DNA of 64,000 bases. Origin: an uncultured Acidobacteriota bacterium. GTDB taxonomy: Bacteria > Acidobacteriota > UBA6911. The stretch lies in contig CAWJKZ010000011.1 in the NCBI GenBank assembly GCA_963843575.1, positions 1 to 64,000 on the forward strand, in the 5' to 3' direction. A program made the translations under genes and the position numbers. Position 1 is the first letter of the stretch. Each line of letters starts with the position of its first letter. Shown here one piece after another: positions 1-10,863 of the stretch. A model generated the notes under the pieces. That model was given only the letters and a program-made list of their open reading frames with translations, was not told the DNA's origin and did no database searches.

Positions 1-359
1 AGACGCGGCCTTTCAAGCCCTGCGCAGCCAGATCATTCGCTTGAGCAAGTGAAAGCGCGGTATTCGGACGCGGCCGGCTCAGAGTCTCCAGACCACACAG
101 GCGAACAAGGCCCCGCCATAGTCAAGTTTCATGCGCTCGGTTTTCATGCGCACCAGCTCATCCACCTTCCCCATCCGGGCCGACGTCCTTCTACTTGTCC
201 ACACTGTTTTAATTAGCGCCGAAACCGCTATTTTGGACGGGCTAAACTATTGAAAACAAAGGGCCACGAAAGTTAGATGACAGTTGAGGAAGTCGCGGCC
301 AAGCTTGGTATCAATCCCGGAACCGCCAAGAGGTGGAAACACGGGGGGCATCTACGCGC

Positions 360-1699
360 TCACTGGTCCTTCACCAGATGCCGGCAGGCACCTTCGATGA
401 CGCCGGTGGCGATTGGCAGGCCGGCGGCCAGCGCCTCGTCATACTTGAGAAATGGCGTGTAATGCAGCAAGTAGTCTGCGCACTCGTCCACTGTGGTCCG
501 TTCGGCCGTTGTCAGCGACTGGCCGGTTGCGCTGCGGCGCATCCCGCCGGCGACATACCCGGCTTTGCCGCGGAGAATTTCCAACAGGCGCGGAAGCACC
601 CAGGCATCCTGTTTCCCACGTTCTGCAGGATAGAAGGCCAAGGATGCTTTCCACACGTATTCGGCCACATGGATGAATCCACCAGGACCTGCAAGGCGAC
701 CTTCCGCTTGCGGGCCAGCTTCCGCAGGGCGTCCAGTTGCGTGAGATTGCCATCGACCAGAGCCACCCAGGTTTTTTCACGCCGGGGATCGCGGTGCTCG
801 GCTTCGTCGAACATCGCCGTGATGACCTCTTCCGGCGTGCGCTGCAGGCTGGCCCAGACGCGTTTGTGTTCCGGGCGCGGCCGGGCGCTTCCTCAGGCGT
901 GTAGTCGGCAGGCCCCAAAATATCCTCCGGCCTTCGCACCAACGGCTGGATGGTGTAGACGGCGGCTACCGATGCCATGCGCTTGGCATGCAGTCGTCGG
1001 CCCCGAGCAAGACGCGCAGTGAAGCTCGTATCTCTTTTGGCGGCGGCGCGCCGGGTCGCGGCGCGCAGATCTTCGGGCAGCATCACGACGCCCTTGCCGT
1101 CCACCGTCAGCACGAGAATGCCCCCGGTATGCGGCGCGGCTCGCGAGTACGCCTGACGCGCCTCATAGAAGTCCTCGAAATCCTGCGCCGCACGGGCCAC
1201 GAGCTCTTCGAACTGGCGTTTCGGAACGTGCGCGCCCGTATAGCGTTCCAGCGTCTCGACCCCTTCGTCGAACGCGTTCTTCGCCGCCTCGATCGCCGCC
1301 CGGCGTCGCACTTCGTGCGAGTACTTCTCGACGGGCAGATTCAACGCGCCGTCCAGCGGGTGCAGACTCGGCTTACCTTCGGCGCCATACCCGGTCCGCG
1401 ATACCGTCACGGTACCGAAGATGGTTTCCAACTCCCGCTCGTGAAGCTGTTCGCGCGAACAGGGTTTCACCCGCCGCGTCCCGCACCGGGCCGGCCGCTT
1501 CGCCGGGACCGCGCAGATCCAGGTGAGCTTGCAGCAGCTTGCGCATCAACTCCCGGCCCTTGGCTTCCAACTCTCGCTCGAGATCGCTGTGCGTCAACGA
1601 ACCGGCCTCCTGAGAACGCAAGAATGTCGTGATCTTATCAAACTCCTGCTCGGCGGCAGCGAACCATCCGTCGTCCGCGGGACAGGGGAGGGCGCTCAT
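360..1699 (-). pseudogene. ISKra4-family transposase, frameshifted and 3'-truncated
   Basis: Split over ORFs 1373-1699, 439-1470, 512-814 and 360-668. Motifs LETIFGTVTVSR, LTVDGKGVVM, WVALVDG, H.AEYVWKA and PIATGVIEGACRHLVKD are present, followed by an abrupt stop. Confidence 0.85.
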
Positions 1700-1702
1700 C
1701 GC

Positions 1703-2630
1703 TCAGTCTCCTCCCCGCAAGCGCTCGGCCGCATCCCGGGTGAGAGGATATACCCAGACGCGTTTGGGGCTCACGCCATGACGCCGGTGGGCTCGATCGT
1801 CGCGTCCACGACCGGAGGTTTGTCCCAGTTCCACCCAGTTCGCCGCACGGTAACAGCCGTCCCGTATAGTGCGCCGGATCGACCAGAGTCTCGACCAACA
1901 GCGGCGCCACGCCATATCGGGACTGCCAGTCTCCGGGCAGCCGCCGCAGGGCCAGGGCCAGCGCGGCCGAGGCCAGGTTCTGGATGCGCACCCAGGGCGC
2001 CAGAAGGAAGCGACTGTTGCTGACCACACGCGGCAAATGCCGGGCGCGCGTCGCGTCATCCCAACCGATCCACGCATCCCGCGCGCGCATCCGCCACGCC
2101 GCGCTCGAAAACTGCAGGCAACCGACCACCGTCGGCGTCGGCTTCGAGATCGATATCAGATACTGAACATGCGCGCCAAAGGGAACGGCGTACCCAAGAT
2201 GGTGATAGCGGCCGATCAGTTCCCGAAACAACTGCCGCTGCTCGACACGCTGCACCTCGTCGAGCACTACGGGCGCAAAAGCTTCTACCTGTCCCACGAG
2301 CGGCGCTCCGGGTTCGCCGCGCGCCGTGTGTGGAATCGAAGTCACCGATCCCACCGGTTTCGTTTTCTGCTTCTGGGCCAGCGTGAGCAGATGCTGGGTT
2401 TCCAGACGTTCCAGCAGGGCCAGGCACTCCAGTCCTTTGAGCCCACCTCCAGGCCGCGTCCATCCCAGCAGCTCGCTGATCGTGTTGGCCAACTCCATTC
2501 GACTCAGCCCACCGCACGTCGCCACGACTTCGCGGATGAGCGAGATTTCCTCGGCGGTGAACCTTTTCCCACTGAATCGATAGCTGACTGCCTCCTCGCT
2601 CACCGCAGGTCTCCTTTGCAGCATGACCAT
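1703..2630 (-). CDS. DUF4338 (DruA-like) domain protein, IS passenger; frameshift near 1859; start uncertain
   Basis: Motifs RYHHLGY..PFG, WRMRARDAWIGW, NSRFLLAPWVRIQNLAS and LVETLVD, continuing in another frame as GCYRAANWVELGQTSGRGR. Confidence 0.8.
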
Positions 2631-2962
2631 AGCAAGCGGGGAGGAAATAGCCAGCGAAATTTCAAAAATCCTATTGGAATCATCGGGACGGTTTGGAATC
2701 GAGCGTTGCGCAAGGGGGCCACAGCCAAGCCGACGACCACTTATGACGTTCGGAACTCGATATCCCATGCGAAACACGGCTTTGGCGCATGAGCTGATGC
2801 GGCTATTTCCTTGCTGTACCGAAGTTTAGACGCGAATCCAAAAGAGCCGCACCCTAACGTGAGTCATCAAAGGGCCTCTGTTTGCATATGGAACTTGATT
2901 GGTCTCAAGTCGTTATACGCAGACGGGGACTCTTTGTATTGTACCTTCACGAACAATCCGGG

Positions 2963-3436
2963 CTAACTCCCTGTGGAACCCATACTCTCAGTGTACAGAG
3001 ATGTTTCAAACGGAGGGATCGTAATATTCGGAGCAATCGGGACAAGGAACCTGAACTGATAGTTACGAACAATGACTGATATTTTTTGGCTTAAGGGAAT
3101 GTGGCTGCTTGGTTCTTCTTCGATGGTGACCGGCGCTGGCACCTCAATCATGACTCTCGTAAGGCCGTTTAACAGCGGATTACCGGATGAGATATCCGGA
3201 TCACCATAGAGTACAATGTTCTGGGCCTTGGCCACATTGCCCGCGTCATAGGGGTGAACAACGGCCCACCGGGCTGCCGCGCGAGTATAATGTACGATAG
3301 TGTTGTAAGTGTAAAGTGCCCGCGCGAATTCCGTGATACCGAAGGTCAGGAAAAGGAATACCAGCAAGGTAAAGGCCATTTCGACCAGCGCCTGGCCCCT
3401 CTGATCGTTCATCGTGTCTTGTCCGCTGGCGATCAT
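2963..3436 (-). CDS. tadE: TadE/TadF-like Tad pseudopilin
   Basis: Prepilin motif QRG|QALVEMAF, then a hydrophobic helix and TRAAARWA. RBS GGAGGTGAGG precedes ATG 3436. Confidence 0.85.
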   Translation of the reverse strand: MIASGQDTMNDQRGQALVEMAFTLLVFLFLTFGITEFARALYTYNTIVHYTRAAARWAVVHPYDAGNVAKAQNIVLYGDPDISSGNPLLNGLTRVMIEVPAPVTIEEEPSSHIPLSQKISVIVRNYQFRFLVPIAPNITIPPFETSLYTESMGSTGS

Positions 3437-3446
3437 CCTCACCTCC

Positions 3447-3914
3447 TCAGAGACGCACATATCCCACGAAACGCATGGTGACCTTCGGCCTGAAGGTGGC
3501 CGACACCGACAACATACGACCAAACAGGGGGGAATAAGGATAGTTGGCGCTTACGGTCACGTAGAAACCACTTCCCAGCGGCGTGGCAGGGTTCGGCACA
3601 TCGACCTGAGCGGTTGTAAGGTCGGAGATGATTTTCGGTCCTGTGCCATTGATGTTTCCATAGACAACCAAGTTCCTTGTCCGGGTTATCGTTGTCGCAT
3701 CGACGGCTCCGGTTGATGATAATGCGGAATCCTTCGCCGAAAGGTATCGCGCAGCGTTCCTGACCGATTTGGTCAGGATATTGTAGGTGTAAAAAGCCCG
3801 GCCGAACTCGATGCCCCCTGTGAGCAAGAGTGCAAGCAACGGCAGCATCAGGGCGAACTCTACGATTTCAGCACCGTGCTGGTTCCGGAACAAACCGCTT
3901 TGGGTCATCTTCAT
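3447..3914 (-). CDS. tadE: TadE-like Tad pseudopilin
   Basis: QHG|AEIVEFALMLPLL...GIEFGR...VRNAARY. RBS GGAGG upstream. Confidence 0.88.
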   Translation of the reverse strand: MKMTQSGLFRNQHGAEIVEFALMLPLLALLLTGGIEFGRAFYTYNILTKSVRNAARYLSAKDSALSSTGAVDATTITRTRNLVVYGNINGTGPKIISDLTTAQVDVPNPATPLGSGFYVTVSANYPYSPLFGRMLSVSATFRPKVTMRFVGYVRL

Positions 3915-3953
3915 TGGTGTTTCGCCTCCCCCGACCCGCAAAGCCGCAAGAAA

Positions 3954-5087
3954 TCAGCGGAATAGAACGGGGCGGGTGATGCTGGCGACAGGGTTATTCG
4001 TGGGTTCACCATTAATATCACAACTGCCGACATACATCATGCAAATCTCGTCCGAGGGCGGATGAACGCCCGGGCGTACGCCCATGAAGAAACATCCGAA
4101 ACCGACAACAAAGTACTCCGATTTCGAACTTTGCGCGGGATCGTTCATGGCGACCCTGATTACTCGACGGAAATTAGTACCGCCCGTCAGGTACCCGCTC
4201 TGATAGGCTGCAAGGGATAAATACTCGGCTTGATCGGTGTCTTGAGCGTACCGGTCCTGAACAGCCTTGAGCCCGGCGTTACCCTTGTTTCCCGGCGTAG
4301 CATCGAGTGAGGGCAAACTGACATCTATTGCCACGCAGTTGCCAGTCGAGCATCCATTGAGAAGAGTCGACCGGATGCAGGGCGTGTTGTTTCCGCAGGC
4401 ACACGGGTCAGCCCAGCCAAAATTGCCTTGGCTGGGCCCGGCAAAGTAGATGTCGCAGTCGGTCACCGTCGAGGTGCCCCCAGAGAGTCTCAATGAGTAG
4501 ATTCCTCCGGGAACAAACCCGAAATTCACCGGGTCATTTAAGTCCCTCGCTGCGGGGGAGAAGGGGTCCACACTACCGATGCAGGTCGGCTTATCCCGAC
4601 CTGCGACCGCTTCCGCGCCCAGATTCAGTATGCTGGGGACACCTGGCAGGATCTTGCCAAAAAACACGGCCGATGGCTGAGTAGCGGGAATCCTTACTTT
4701 CACGAATCTGATCCCGGTTGGCACTCCCTGAGCAGTTGCTGCGTCCACATACGTTCCGTCGAGTGAATCGGAATAGGACACCCAAGTGCCGTCAATAGTC
4801 AGGTCGGCAGAATTGAATTCGAACTTGTTCCTCAATGGGCTGCCAGAATCTGTCGCGCGCAACTGAGCCTCGGCGATGCCCGTCGACATTCCGTTCAGCG
4901 CCGACGCACCGGCAAGTGCACAGGCGTCGGCGATGTTCTGGAGTTGAGATTTGTTGATATAGGCATGGCCCAGGTCGACGGCGAGACCGATCATCCCGAT
5001 CAGAATGACGAGCGAGAGAGCGACGAAAACGATGATCGTGCCGCTCTCCCCTTTATTGAGGCTCATTTTTCTGCTTTTGACTGACAT
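3954..5087 (-). CDS. tadG: TadG-like Tad pilus assembly protein with Cys-rich C-terminal domain
   Basis: ESG|TIIVFVAL...GLAVDLG...QLQNIADACALAGA is the Tad N-terminal domain signature. Confidence 0.85.
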   Translation of the reverse strand: MSVKSRKMSLNKGESGTIIVFVALSLVILIGMIGLAVDLGHAYINKSQLQNIADACALAGASALNGMSTGIAEAQLRATDSGSPLRNKFEFNSADLTIDGTWVSYSDSLDGTYVDAATAQGVPTGIRFVKVRIPATQPSAVFFGKILPGVPSILNLGAEAVAGRDKPTCIGSVDPFSPAARDLNDPVNFGFVPGGIYSLRLSGGTSTVTDCDIYFAGPSQGNFGWADPCACGNNTPCIRSTLLNGCSTGNCVAIDVSLPSLDATPGNKGNAGLKAVQDRYAQDTDQAEYLSLAAYQSGYLTGGTNFRRVIRVAMNDPAQSSKSEYFVVGFGCFFMGVRPGVHPPSDEICMMYVGSCDINGEPTNNPVASITRPVLFR

Positions 5088-5238
5088 AGCACCACTCCCC
5101 GGGATCTCCAATCGCCTGTACCAATGGTCATTAGGGGACCTTCGCAGCAATTGTATCAGCTCGAAACTTGGGTTATTTTATCATAACCGTGGCCGCAGAG
5201 TTTGCTAATTTCCTTAGGGCTTGGTAAATCCTCGCTGC

Positions 5239-6369
5239 ATGAAAACCAACCGAAAGGCAGTCTGGATTCTCGTCCTGGGACTCCTGGTTTTCAACCTGGT
5301 TCGTGGCGCCATCTCTCTCCACTTGGTTCCGCTAAGTGACTTTGTCGAGTACTGGGCGGCTGGGCGGGTGTTTCTGAGCGGCGGGAACCCATACAGCGCT
5401 CAGGAGTTGCTCGCGGTCCAGGGATCCCTAGGTTGGGTGGAACGGGAACCCCTGATGATGTGGAACCCCCCGTGGACGCTGCCCCTCGTGGCCCCCCTCG
5501 CGCTCATGCCCTACTGGGTCGCGCGCGGCGTCTGGTTCCTGCTCAGCTTGGTTCTGCTTTTTGCCTGCGCCGACTTCCTATGGAGTCTCTACGGAGGTCC
5601 CGGGGAGGGCCGGTGGTTGGCCTGGCTCACGACGCTCTTTTTCGTCCCCGATGCCATGGCGCTATATCTCGGCCAGATTGCGCCTCTCATCCTGGCGGGA
5701 TTGGCCGGCTTCCTGTTTTGTCTCAGACACGGCAGGCCCTGGCTCGCCGGCGCATGCCTGTTCCTGCTCGCGCTCAAGCCGCACCTTCTGTACCTTTTCT
5801 GGATTCTCCTGCTGCTGTGGGTCTTCAAGGAACGCCAGTGGAAAGTGGCAGCAGGCCTCTCGCTTACCGGGCTGGCGCTGGTCATTGGGGCCGCGGCCGT
5901 CAACCGGGCGGTCATCATCCAATACTTGGAGGCACTCGGTTCGGATCAGGGACCGCTGAGGTGGCAGACACCCAGCCTTGGGACCGCACTCCGAATGGCC
6001 GTAAACAACGACGGCGGGTTTCTGGCGCTTTTGCCGATGCTCTGCGGCCTGGCCGCGGTAGCTTGGTTGTGGTGCCGCTGGAAGGAGCGGTTCGACTGGC
6101 GAGAGCGCCTGCCCGGGGTCGTGCTGCTCTCGGTTGTCACCACCAGCTTCAGCTGGACTTTCGATTGGGTCCTGCTGCTTCCGGCGGTGATCCTGATGAT
6201 GGCCCAATTTGTCGTCTGTCCCCGGCGCAACTGGTGGCTCCTGGCCGGCTTAGTCCTTGTCCAGGGAGGCCTATTCCTGCAACTCACGATCGTCTCGAAC
6301 TACTTCTACACCGTCTGGTTTCCCCCGGCGATCGCGATACTGTTCGGAATGCGCCGTAGCGCGTCTTGA
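5239..6369 (+). CDS. GT87/DUF2029-like membrane glycosyltransferase (GT-C)
   Basis: DFVEYWAAGR...GGNPY, WNPPW, LGQ and LKPH motifs; polytopic membrane protein. Confidence 0.85.
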   Translation: MKTNRKAVWILVLGLLVFNLVRGAISLHLVPLSDFVEYWAAGRVFLSGGNPYSAQELLAVQGSLGWVEREPLMMWNPPWTLPLVAPLALMPYWVARGVWFLLSLVLLFACADFLWSLYGGPGEGRWLAWLTTLFFVPDAMALYLGQIAPLILAGLAGFLFCLRHGRPWLAGACLFLLALKPHLLYLFWILLLLWVFKERQWKVAAGLSLTGLALVIGAAAVNRAVIIQYLEALGSDQGPLRWQTPSLGTALRMAVNNDGGFLALLPMLCGLAAVAWLWCRWKERFDWRERLPGVVLLSVVTTSFSWTFDWVLLLPAVILMMAQFVVCPRRNWWLLAGLVLVQGGLFLQLTIVSNYFYTVWFPPAIAILFGMRRSAS

Positions 6370-6586
6370 GTGCGCCGGGTTGGGCCCACAACAGCCTGGA
6401 TACCCAGGAACCGCAGACCGGGCTATGCGCACAGAATGCGCCGACGAGACAAGAGGGCCCGGGGGCCCTTAAAGGTGCTGTAACCCGCAGAGTGCCGGAA
6501 CCTCGGACGGTTTTTGCGATCGAGCAGGGCCTTGACCAGACCATGCAAAACCTGTAGCGTCGGCACGAAATCCCCGGGAGAATGCC

Positions 6587-7768
6587 GTGACATCCAAACG
6601 TTCACAGGTCCCGCATTTCCTCTTGATCTGCCTGATCCTGGTCTATGGCATGTACGTCATTCGGCGTCTGGAACCTGGTTTCACCTTCTCGAAATACGAT
6701 CCGGGCTGGATGATCAGCACCGTCATCTCGATCGCCGAGGATGGAGACCTCGACCTGCGCAACCAGCTAAACAACGATCCCAACGAAGCCGCCGACCAGA
6801 CCGCCCAAGGCTCCAGAGGGGAATGGTACCCGCTTCATGAATACTTGATGGCATTCGCTACTGTCCCATTCTACATGCTATTCGGCGTCACGGGCTGCTT
6901 GATCTTCAATGTCTTGGCAGTGATTCTCCTGATGATGCTCTTGTTCCGGTTGTGCTCGCGCCACGTGGACCAGATGACCGCGTTCGTGGCGGTCTGTTTG
7001 ACGGCCTTTCCAACCCTGTTCCTGGACTATACCTACAGCTATTCCCTGGACGTGTTTGGCGCATTCCTCATCGTGGCGGCGTATTGTAGCGCGGTTGGAG
7101 GAAACCTTCTGCTGGGGGGACTGGTGTGGGGGATCGCGGTCGCAGCTCGAATGCCCAACGCGATCACCGCACCAGCCTTCCTTGCCTATATAGTGTTGGA
7201 CGGCATCCTCATGCCGGGGAGTGCCGGCGCCTCTCGGATGAAGGGATTGTCTCGGCGGCTTGCCTCCTTCGCAGCAGGCGTTTTGCCGCCCGTAGTCTGC
7301 ATCGGGCTGGCAAACTGGTACATGTTCGGCAGCCCACTGGCAACCGGCTACAGCCGTTGGCAACATTTCGACCAGGGCCGGGTGCTGATCAGGCCGCAGG
7401 AACACGCCTTTGGAGCGTCTGTGTTACACCAGCTGCCTTCCCTGATGTTCGACCCGAAGACGGGGGTTTTCTTCGGTGCTCCTCTACTGCTGCTGGCCTT
7501 GTGCTTTGGTCTCCGTCCGATGTGGCAGGGATCGAAGAGCGAGGCCGTGCTGTTCGGCCTGATCAGTCTGTCGACGGTGATTTTGTACGCGATGTATTCT
7601 CTGGCGGTCCCGGGTTACCCCGGCAACAGGTATCTGATGCCCATGACGGCACTTGCAGCCGTCCCGCTGAGCCTGGCGGTGAAGGAAGTGTTCACTGGAC
7701 CAGCAGGGGACGCGCACGCTGGAGACGACGCCGTTGGAATTGCTGATCAACGGAAGTACAGGACGTGA
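6587..7768 (+). CDS. GT-C-type membrane glycosyltransferase (ArnT/PMT-like)
   Basis: N-terminal TM, then an acidic loop (YDPG..SIAEDGDLDL), multiple TMs and a late NRYLMP motif. Confidence 0.65.
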   Translation: MTSKRSQVPHFLLICLILVYGMYVIRRLEPGFTFSKYDPGWMISTVISIAEDGDLDLRNQLNNDPNEAADQTAQGSRGEWYPLHEYLMAFATVPFYMLFGVTGCLIFNVLAVILLMMLLFRLCSRHVDQMTAFVAVCLTAFPTLFLDYTYSYSLDVFGAFLIVAAYCSAVGGNLLLGGLVWGIAVAARMPNAITAPAFLAYIVLDGILMPGSAGASRMKGLSRRLASFAAGVLPPVVCIGLANWYMFGSPLATGYSRWQHFDQGRVLIRPQEHAFGASVLHQLPSLMFDPKTGVFFGAPLLLLALCFGLRPMWQGSKSEAVLFGLISLSTVILYAMYSLAVPGYPGNRYLMPMTALAAVPLSLAVKEVFTGPAGDAHAGDDAVGIADQRKYRT

Positions 7769-8628
7769 GGGGCTATGCGGCCGTCGAGGTAGGCGCACGG
7801 GCCGCATTCCATCTCGTACGATCCGACAATCCGGCTAACCTCCCGGGCCACGTCTTTTGACTCATCTGCATAGTGTTCCGTGGAAATTGCCAGCCGTGGC
7901 TTGAACCGGCGAAGGCTGCCGGACGCGCCCTTGAGTGCCTTGATCTCCGCACCCTCGATGTCCATCTTGATAAAGTCGACCTTGTTCAGGTTGAGCTCCG
8001 AGACGAGGTTGTCGATGGTGGTCAGCTGGATCATCTCTGACGGCGAGCCGGCGGTATCCAGGACAGTTCCGCCCGAGATTGGCAGTGACGCCTCTTTGTC
8101 CCAGACGCCTTTCCTAAAGAGGAGTACTGTGCCGTCCGCGATCTCCTGGCTGAAGTTCCGTTCGAGGCATGGCCATTTCTCCGGAGCCGGTTCGACGGCA
8201 ACGATGCGCGCTGCCCCCATTTCCAGCGCGAGGCGGGTAAAGGTGCCGATGTCGGCACCGCAGTCCAATACGACATCCCCTGGCTGCACGCCCGACTTCC
8301 CCGACCCGTACACGTGCATCTCCTGCTCCGCCAGCACTCCCCACATCAGTCCCACGCTCGTGTCGGGCATCCAGAACGGCCCGCGCGGCGTGGACCAGAG
8401 CTGGATGCTGCCGTTCCGCTCGAGGAGGCGGCTGCGGATCTCCATGCCCTTCTCGATCTGCATGTAAGCCACCTTCCAGTCGCCGTATTCCCATGTCTGA
8501 CGCAGCGTGCATTCGCTGCGACGCACGAGGTACATCCCGACGAGGAGCAGCTTGTGCAGCCGGTAAAGAGCGAAAACCTCCACGACCAAGCTGAGGACGA
8601 TAACAGACCAGATCAGCTTTTTTTTCAT
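7747..8628 (-). CDS. FkbM-family methyltransferase with N-terminal membrane anchor
   Basis: VVLDCGADIG, AVEP, TTIDNLV, IKMDIEGAE; C-terminus ECGPC...RIAPHVLYFR. Confidence 0.9.
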   Translation of the reverse strand: MKKKLIWSVIVLSLVVEVFALYRLHKLLLVGMYLVRRSECTLRQTWEYGDWKVAYMQIEKGMEIRSRLLERNGSIQLWSTPRGPFWMPDTSVGLMWGVLAEQEMHVYGSGKSGVQPGDVVLDCGADIGTFTRLALEMGAARIVAVEPAPEKWPCLERNFSQEIADGTVLLFRKGVWDKEASLPISGGTVLDTAGSPSEMIQLTTIDNLVSELNLNKVDFIKMDIEGAEIKALKGASGSLRRFKPRLAISTEHYADESKDVAREVSRIVGSYEMECGPCAYLDGRIAPHVLYFR

Positions 8629-8775
8629 TCGACGACTCCGCGATTTCCGGTATTACCGCTGCGGCACTACGGCATCCGGTTCGCCCCGTCGAGCCGCAAC
8701 GCCGAAACGGTGTACTGAGCCGCAACCGAGAGGAGGATAAGCATCCCTCGCGGACGAGCGGAACAGCTGCAGCAA

Positions 8776-10863
8776 TTATTTCAGAATCTGAAAGAGGTTG
8801 CTGTAGTCGTCGGTCCAGAGACTTATCGATTTGACCTTCTCCACGGGTGCGAGCCGAGCTGCGATTCCCGGTTGCCCCCAAAGACCGGCATCGCGGCTCA
8901 TGATGGCCCACACCGATGGGAGGCTCAGGTCGTCGTACCGGTCGTTCCGTATCAGTTCCGCACGCAGCCCGAAATGCTCCGCCAGCCTATGGACAACAGG
9001 CCACAGGTCGAGGTGCTTGTTGGTGATATTTACCGTAACAATCCCCTCTGGACGCATGTGCGCCAGGTAAAGCTCGAACGCTTCCCGGGTCAGCAGATGA
9101 ATGGGGACGGAGTCGCTGTTGAAGGCGTCAATCACGAGCAAATCGAAATTCTGCGACTGCGCGTGCTCCAATTCCGATGCGAGCGATATCCGGGCGTCGC
9201 CCGGCACGATCTCGACGGCAGCCCTCGAGTCCCGTACAAACGTAAAGAACCCGCCAGTGCCTTCGGCCAGACGGATTACATCGGGATTGATCTCGTAGAT
9301 GCGGAAAGTATCGTGTGGCGTGCCGTATGCCGTGAGGGTTCCGATGCCGAGCCCGAGCATTCCGATACGCAAGCCGGACGCACGCCGGGGGTGATGGCGC
9401 ACTACCAGCCCTATCCCGCTGTCGCGGGTATAATAGGCGGTCGGTTCCCGCCGCCTCTCCTCCTGCTGGAGCTGGAACCCATGATTAGTGGCGCCATGCA
9501 GCAGCGTGTAGGCTCGCCCGCCCGGATTGCCGGCGCCGGTCTCGCGAACCCGCAGCACGCCGTAGAAGTTTCGGTAGGCCGCCAGCGTTTCTCTCGACAG
9601 CAGGTTGATGTAGACGAAGAAAAAGAAACCGATGAAGGCGATGCCGCCGACAAGCAGTGCGACCGTCAGGAAGGCGGGTCGCCGGGCTCCTCCCGCCGGC
9701 TTCTTGAAGTTGCTGATGAGCAGAAGCACCCAGCAGAGGAGCAGCCCAAGCGGCAGTTCCCAGAAACCGGAAAAAACCCGCGGAGCCACCAGTGCCACGA
9801 ACGCCCCCCCCAACGCCCCCCCCGTGGAAACTGTGAGGTAAAACGAGGTGAGGAAGCGCGGGTGCGGCCTGATCATGTAGAGCTCGCCATGACAGATCAT
9901 GCAGCAGATGAAGAACGCCACCGAGTAGGCGGTGATCTGCGTCACGATGCCAAGGGCGAAGTCTTGGACCAAGACCCAGCAGAAGATACCGCTCGAGACC
10001 ACGAGCGCTGAAATGTACCAGCCGCGCGCATACCAACGCACATTCGAAAAGCAGAGGATGAACGACAGAAGGTAGAGAACGAGCGGCAGGATCCAGAGGA
10101 AAGGGACGACCGCGACCTCCTGGCAGATCTGGCGCGTTGTGGCAAGCAGCAGCAGGGAGGCGCAGCCAGACAGCGCGATCCACATCAGATGATCCGCGCA
10201 TAACGGTTGCGGGGGAGCGTCCGCGGATCGGTCTTCATTCGCCAGCCCGTCACCCTGCCGGCGCAGCAGGCGGCTCGCCCCGCAACCCATCGACGCAACG
10301 AAGAGGAGGAAGACCAATGACCAGGCGACTCCCTGGGTCCTGAGTGTCAAGGCCGGCTCAACCAGGAAGGGATAGCTGATTAGTCCAATGAGGGACCCGG
10401 CGTTGGACCAGGCATAAAGTGCATATGGGGATCGCCCCGGCTTCGCGCGGCTGTACCACGACTGGATTAAGGGGCTGGTCGTCGCCAGGGTGAAATAGGG
10501 GATACCCACCGAAAACAGCAGGATCGTGAGCAGCGACCGCACCGGCATACCCGAGATAGACGCGAGCGAGACGGCCGGCGGCATGACTCGGGACTGCCGC
10601 GCATACCAGGCGGCAAACAGCAAGGAGACCGATACCCCAAGAAGGACGAGGTGTAGGGATGCCTGCCGCCGCGGTTTCAGCGATGAGGAGAGCCAGTATG
10701 CGTAGCCATACCCCGCCAGTAACAAGACCTGGAAAAAGAGGAGGCTGGTTGACCAAACCGCCGGTGTGCCGCCGAACCATGGCAGGATGTATCTGCCGAC
10801 TATCGGCTGTATCTGAAAGATCAGGAAAGCGGACAGGAAGCTGACCCAGATATAATAAAACAT
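8776..10863 (-). CDS. Fused multi-TM/spermidine synthase-like SAM-fold protein
   Basis: AFLIFQIQP..G..ILPWFGG, YALYAWSNAGSLIGL, CHGEL, LHGATNHG, LGLGIGT, YEINP, GDAR, DAFNSD, WTDDYSNL. Confidence 0.88.
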   Translation of the reverse strand: MFYYIWVSFLSAFLIFQIQPIVGRYILPWFGGTPAVWSTSLLFFQVLLLAGYGYAYWLSSSLKPRRQASLHLVLLGVSVSLLFAAWYARQSRVMPPAVSLASISGMPVRSLLTILLFSVGIPYFTLATTSPLIQSWYSRAKPGRSPYALYAWSNAGSLIGLISYPFLVEPALTLRTQGVAWSLVFLLFVASMGCGASRLLRRQGDGLANEDRSADAPPQPLCADHLMWIALSGCASLLLLATTRQICQEVAVVPFLWILPLVLYLLSFILCFSNVRWYARGWYISALVVSSGIFCWVLVQDFALGIVTQITAYSVAFFICCMICHGELYMIRPHPRFLTSFYLTVSTGGALGGAFVALVAPRVFSGFWELPLGLLLCWVLLLISNFKKPAGGARRPAFLTVALLVGGIAFIGFFFFVYINLLSRETLAAYRNFYGVLRVRETGAGNPGGRAYTLLHGATNHGFQLQQEERRREPTAYYTRDSGIGLVVRHHPRRASGLRIGMLGLGIGTLTAYGTPHDTFRIYEINPDVIRLAEGTGGFFTFVRDSRAAVEIVPGDARISLASELEHAQSQNFDLLVIDAFNSDSVPIHLLTREAFELYLAHMRPEGIVTVNITNKHLDLWPVVHRLAEHFGLRAELIRNDRYDDLSLPSVWAIMSRDAGLWGQPGIAARLAPVEKVKSISLWTDDYSNLFQILK

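Larger units (their letters stand above)
360..2854 (-). mobile_element. ISKra4-family insertion sequence (decayed, right end missing) carrying a DUF4338 gene
   Basis: DUF4338 and transposase ORFs are adjacent on the minus strand. A probable left end reads GGGTGCGGCTCTTTTGGA on the minus strand from 2854. No matching end is seen at the transposase 3' side. Confidence 0.7.

Noticed and set aside
1-250. Possible gene end (…ALRSQIIRLSK*) and IS-end-like TTTTGGACGGGCTAAACTA
   Set aside because: Too little sequence and no partner repeat in the window.
1703-2630. Druantia anti-phage system (DUF4338/DruA domain)
   Set aside because: No DruE helicase or other dru genes; the ORF is coupled to a transposase within an IS.
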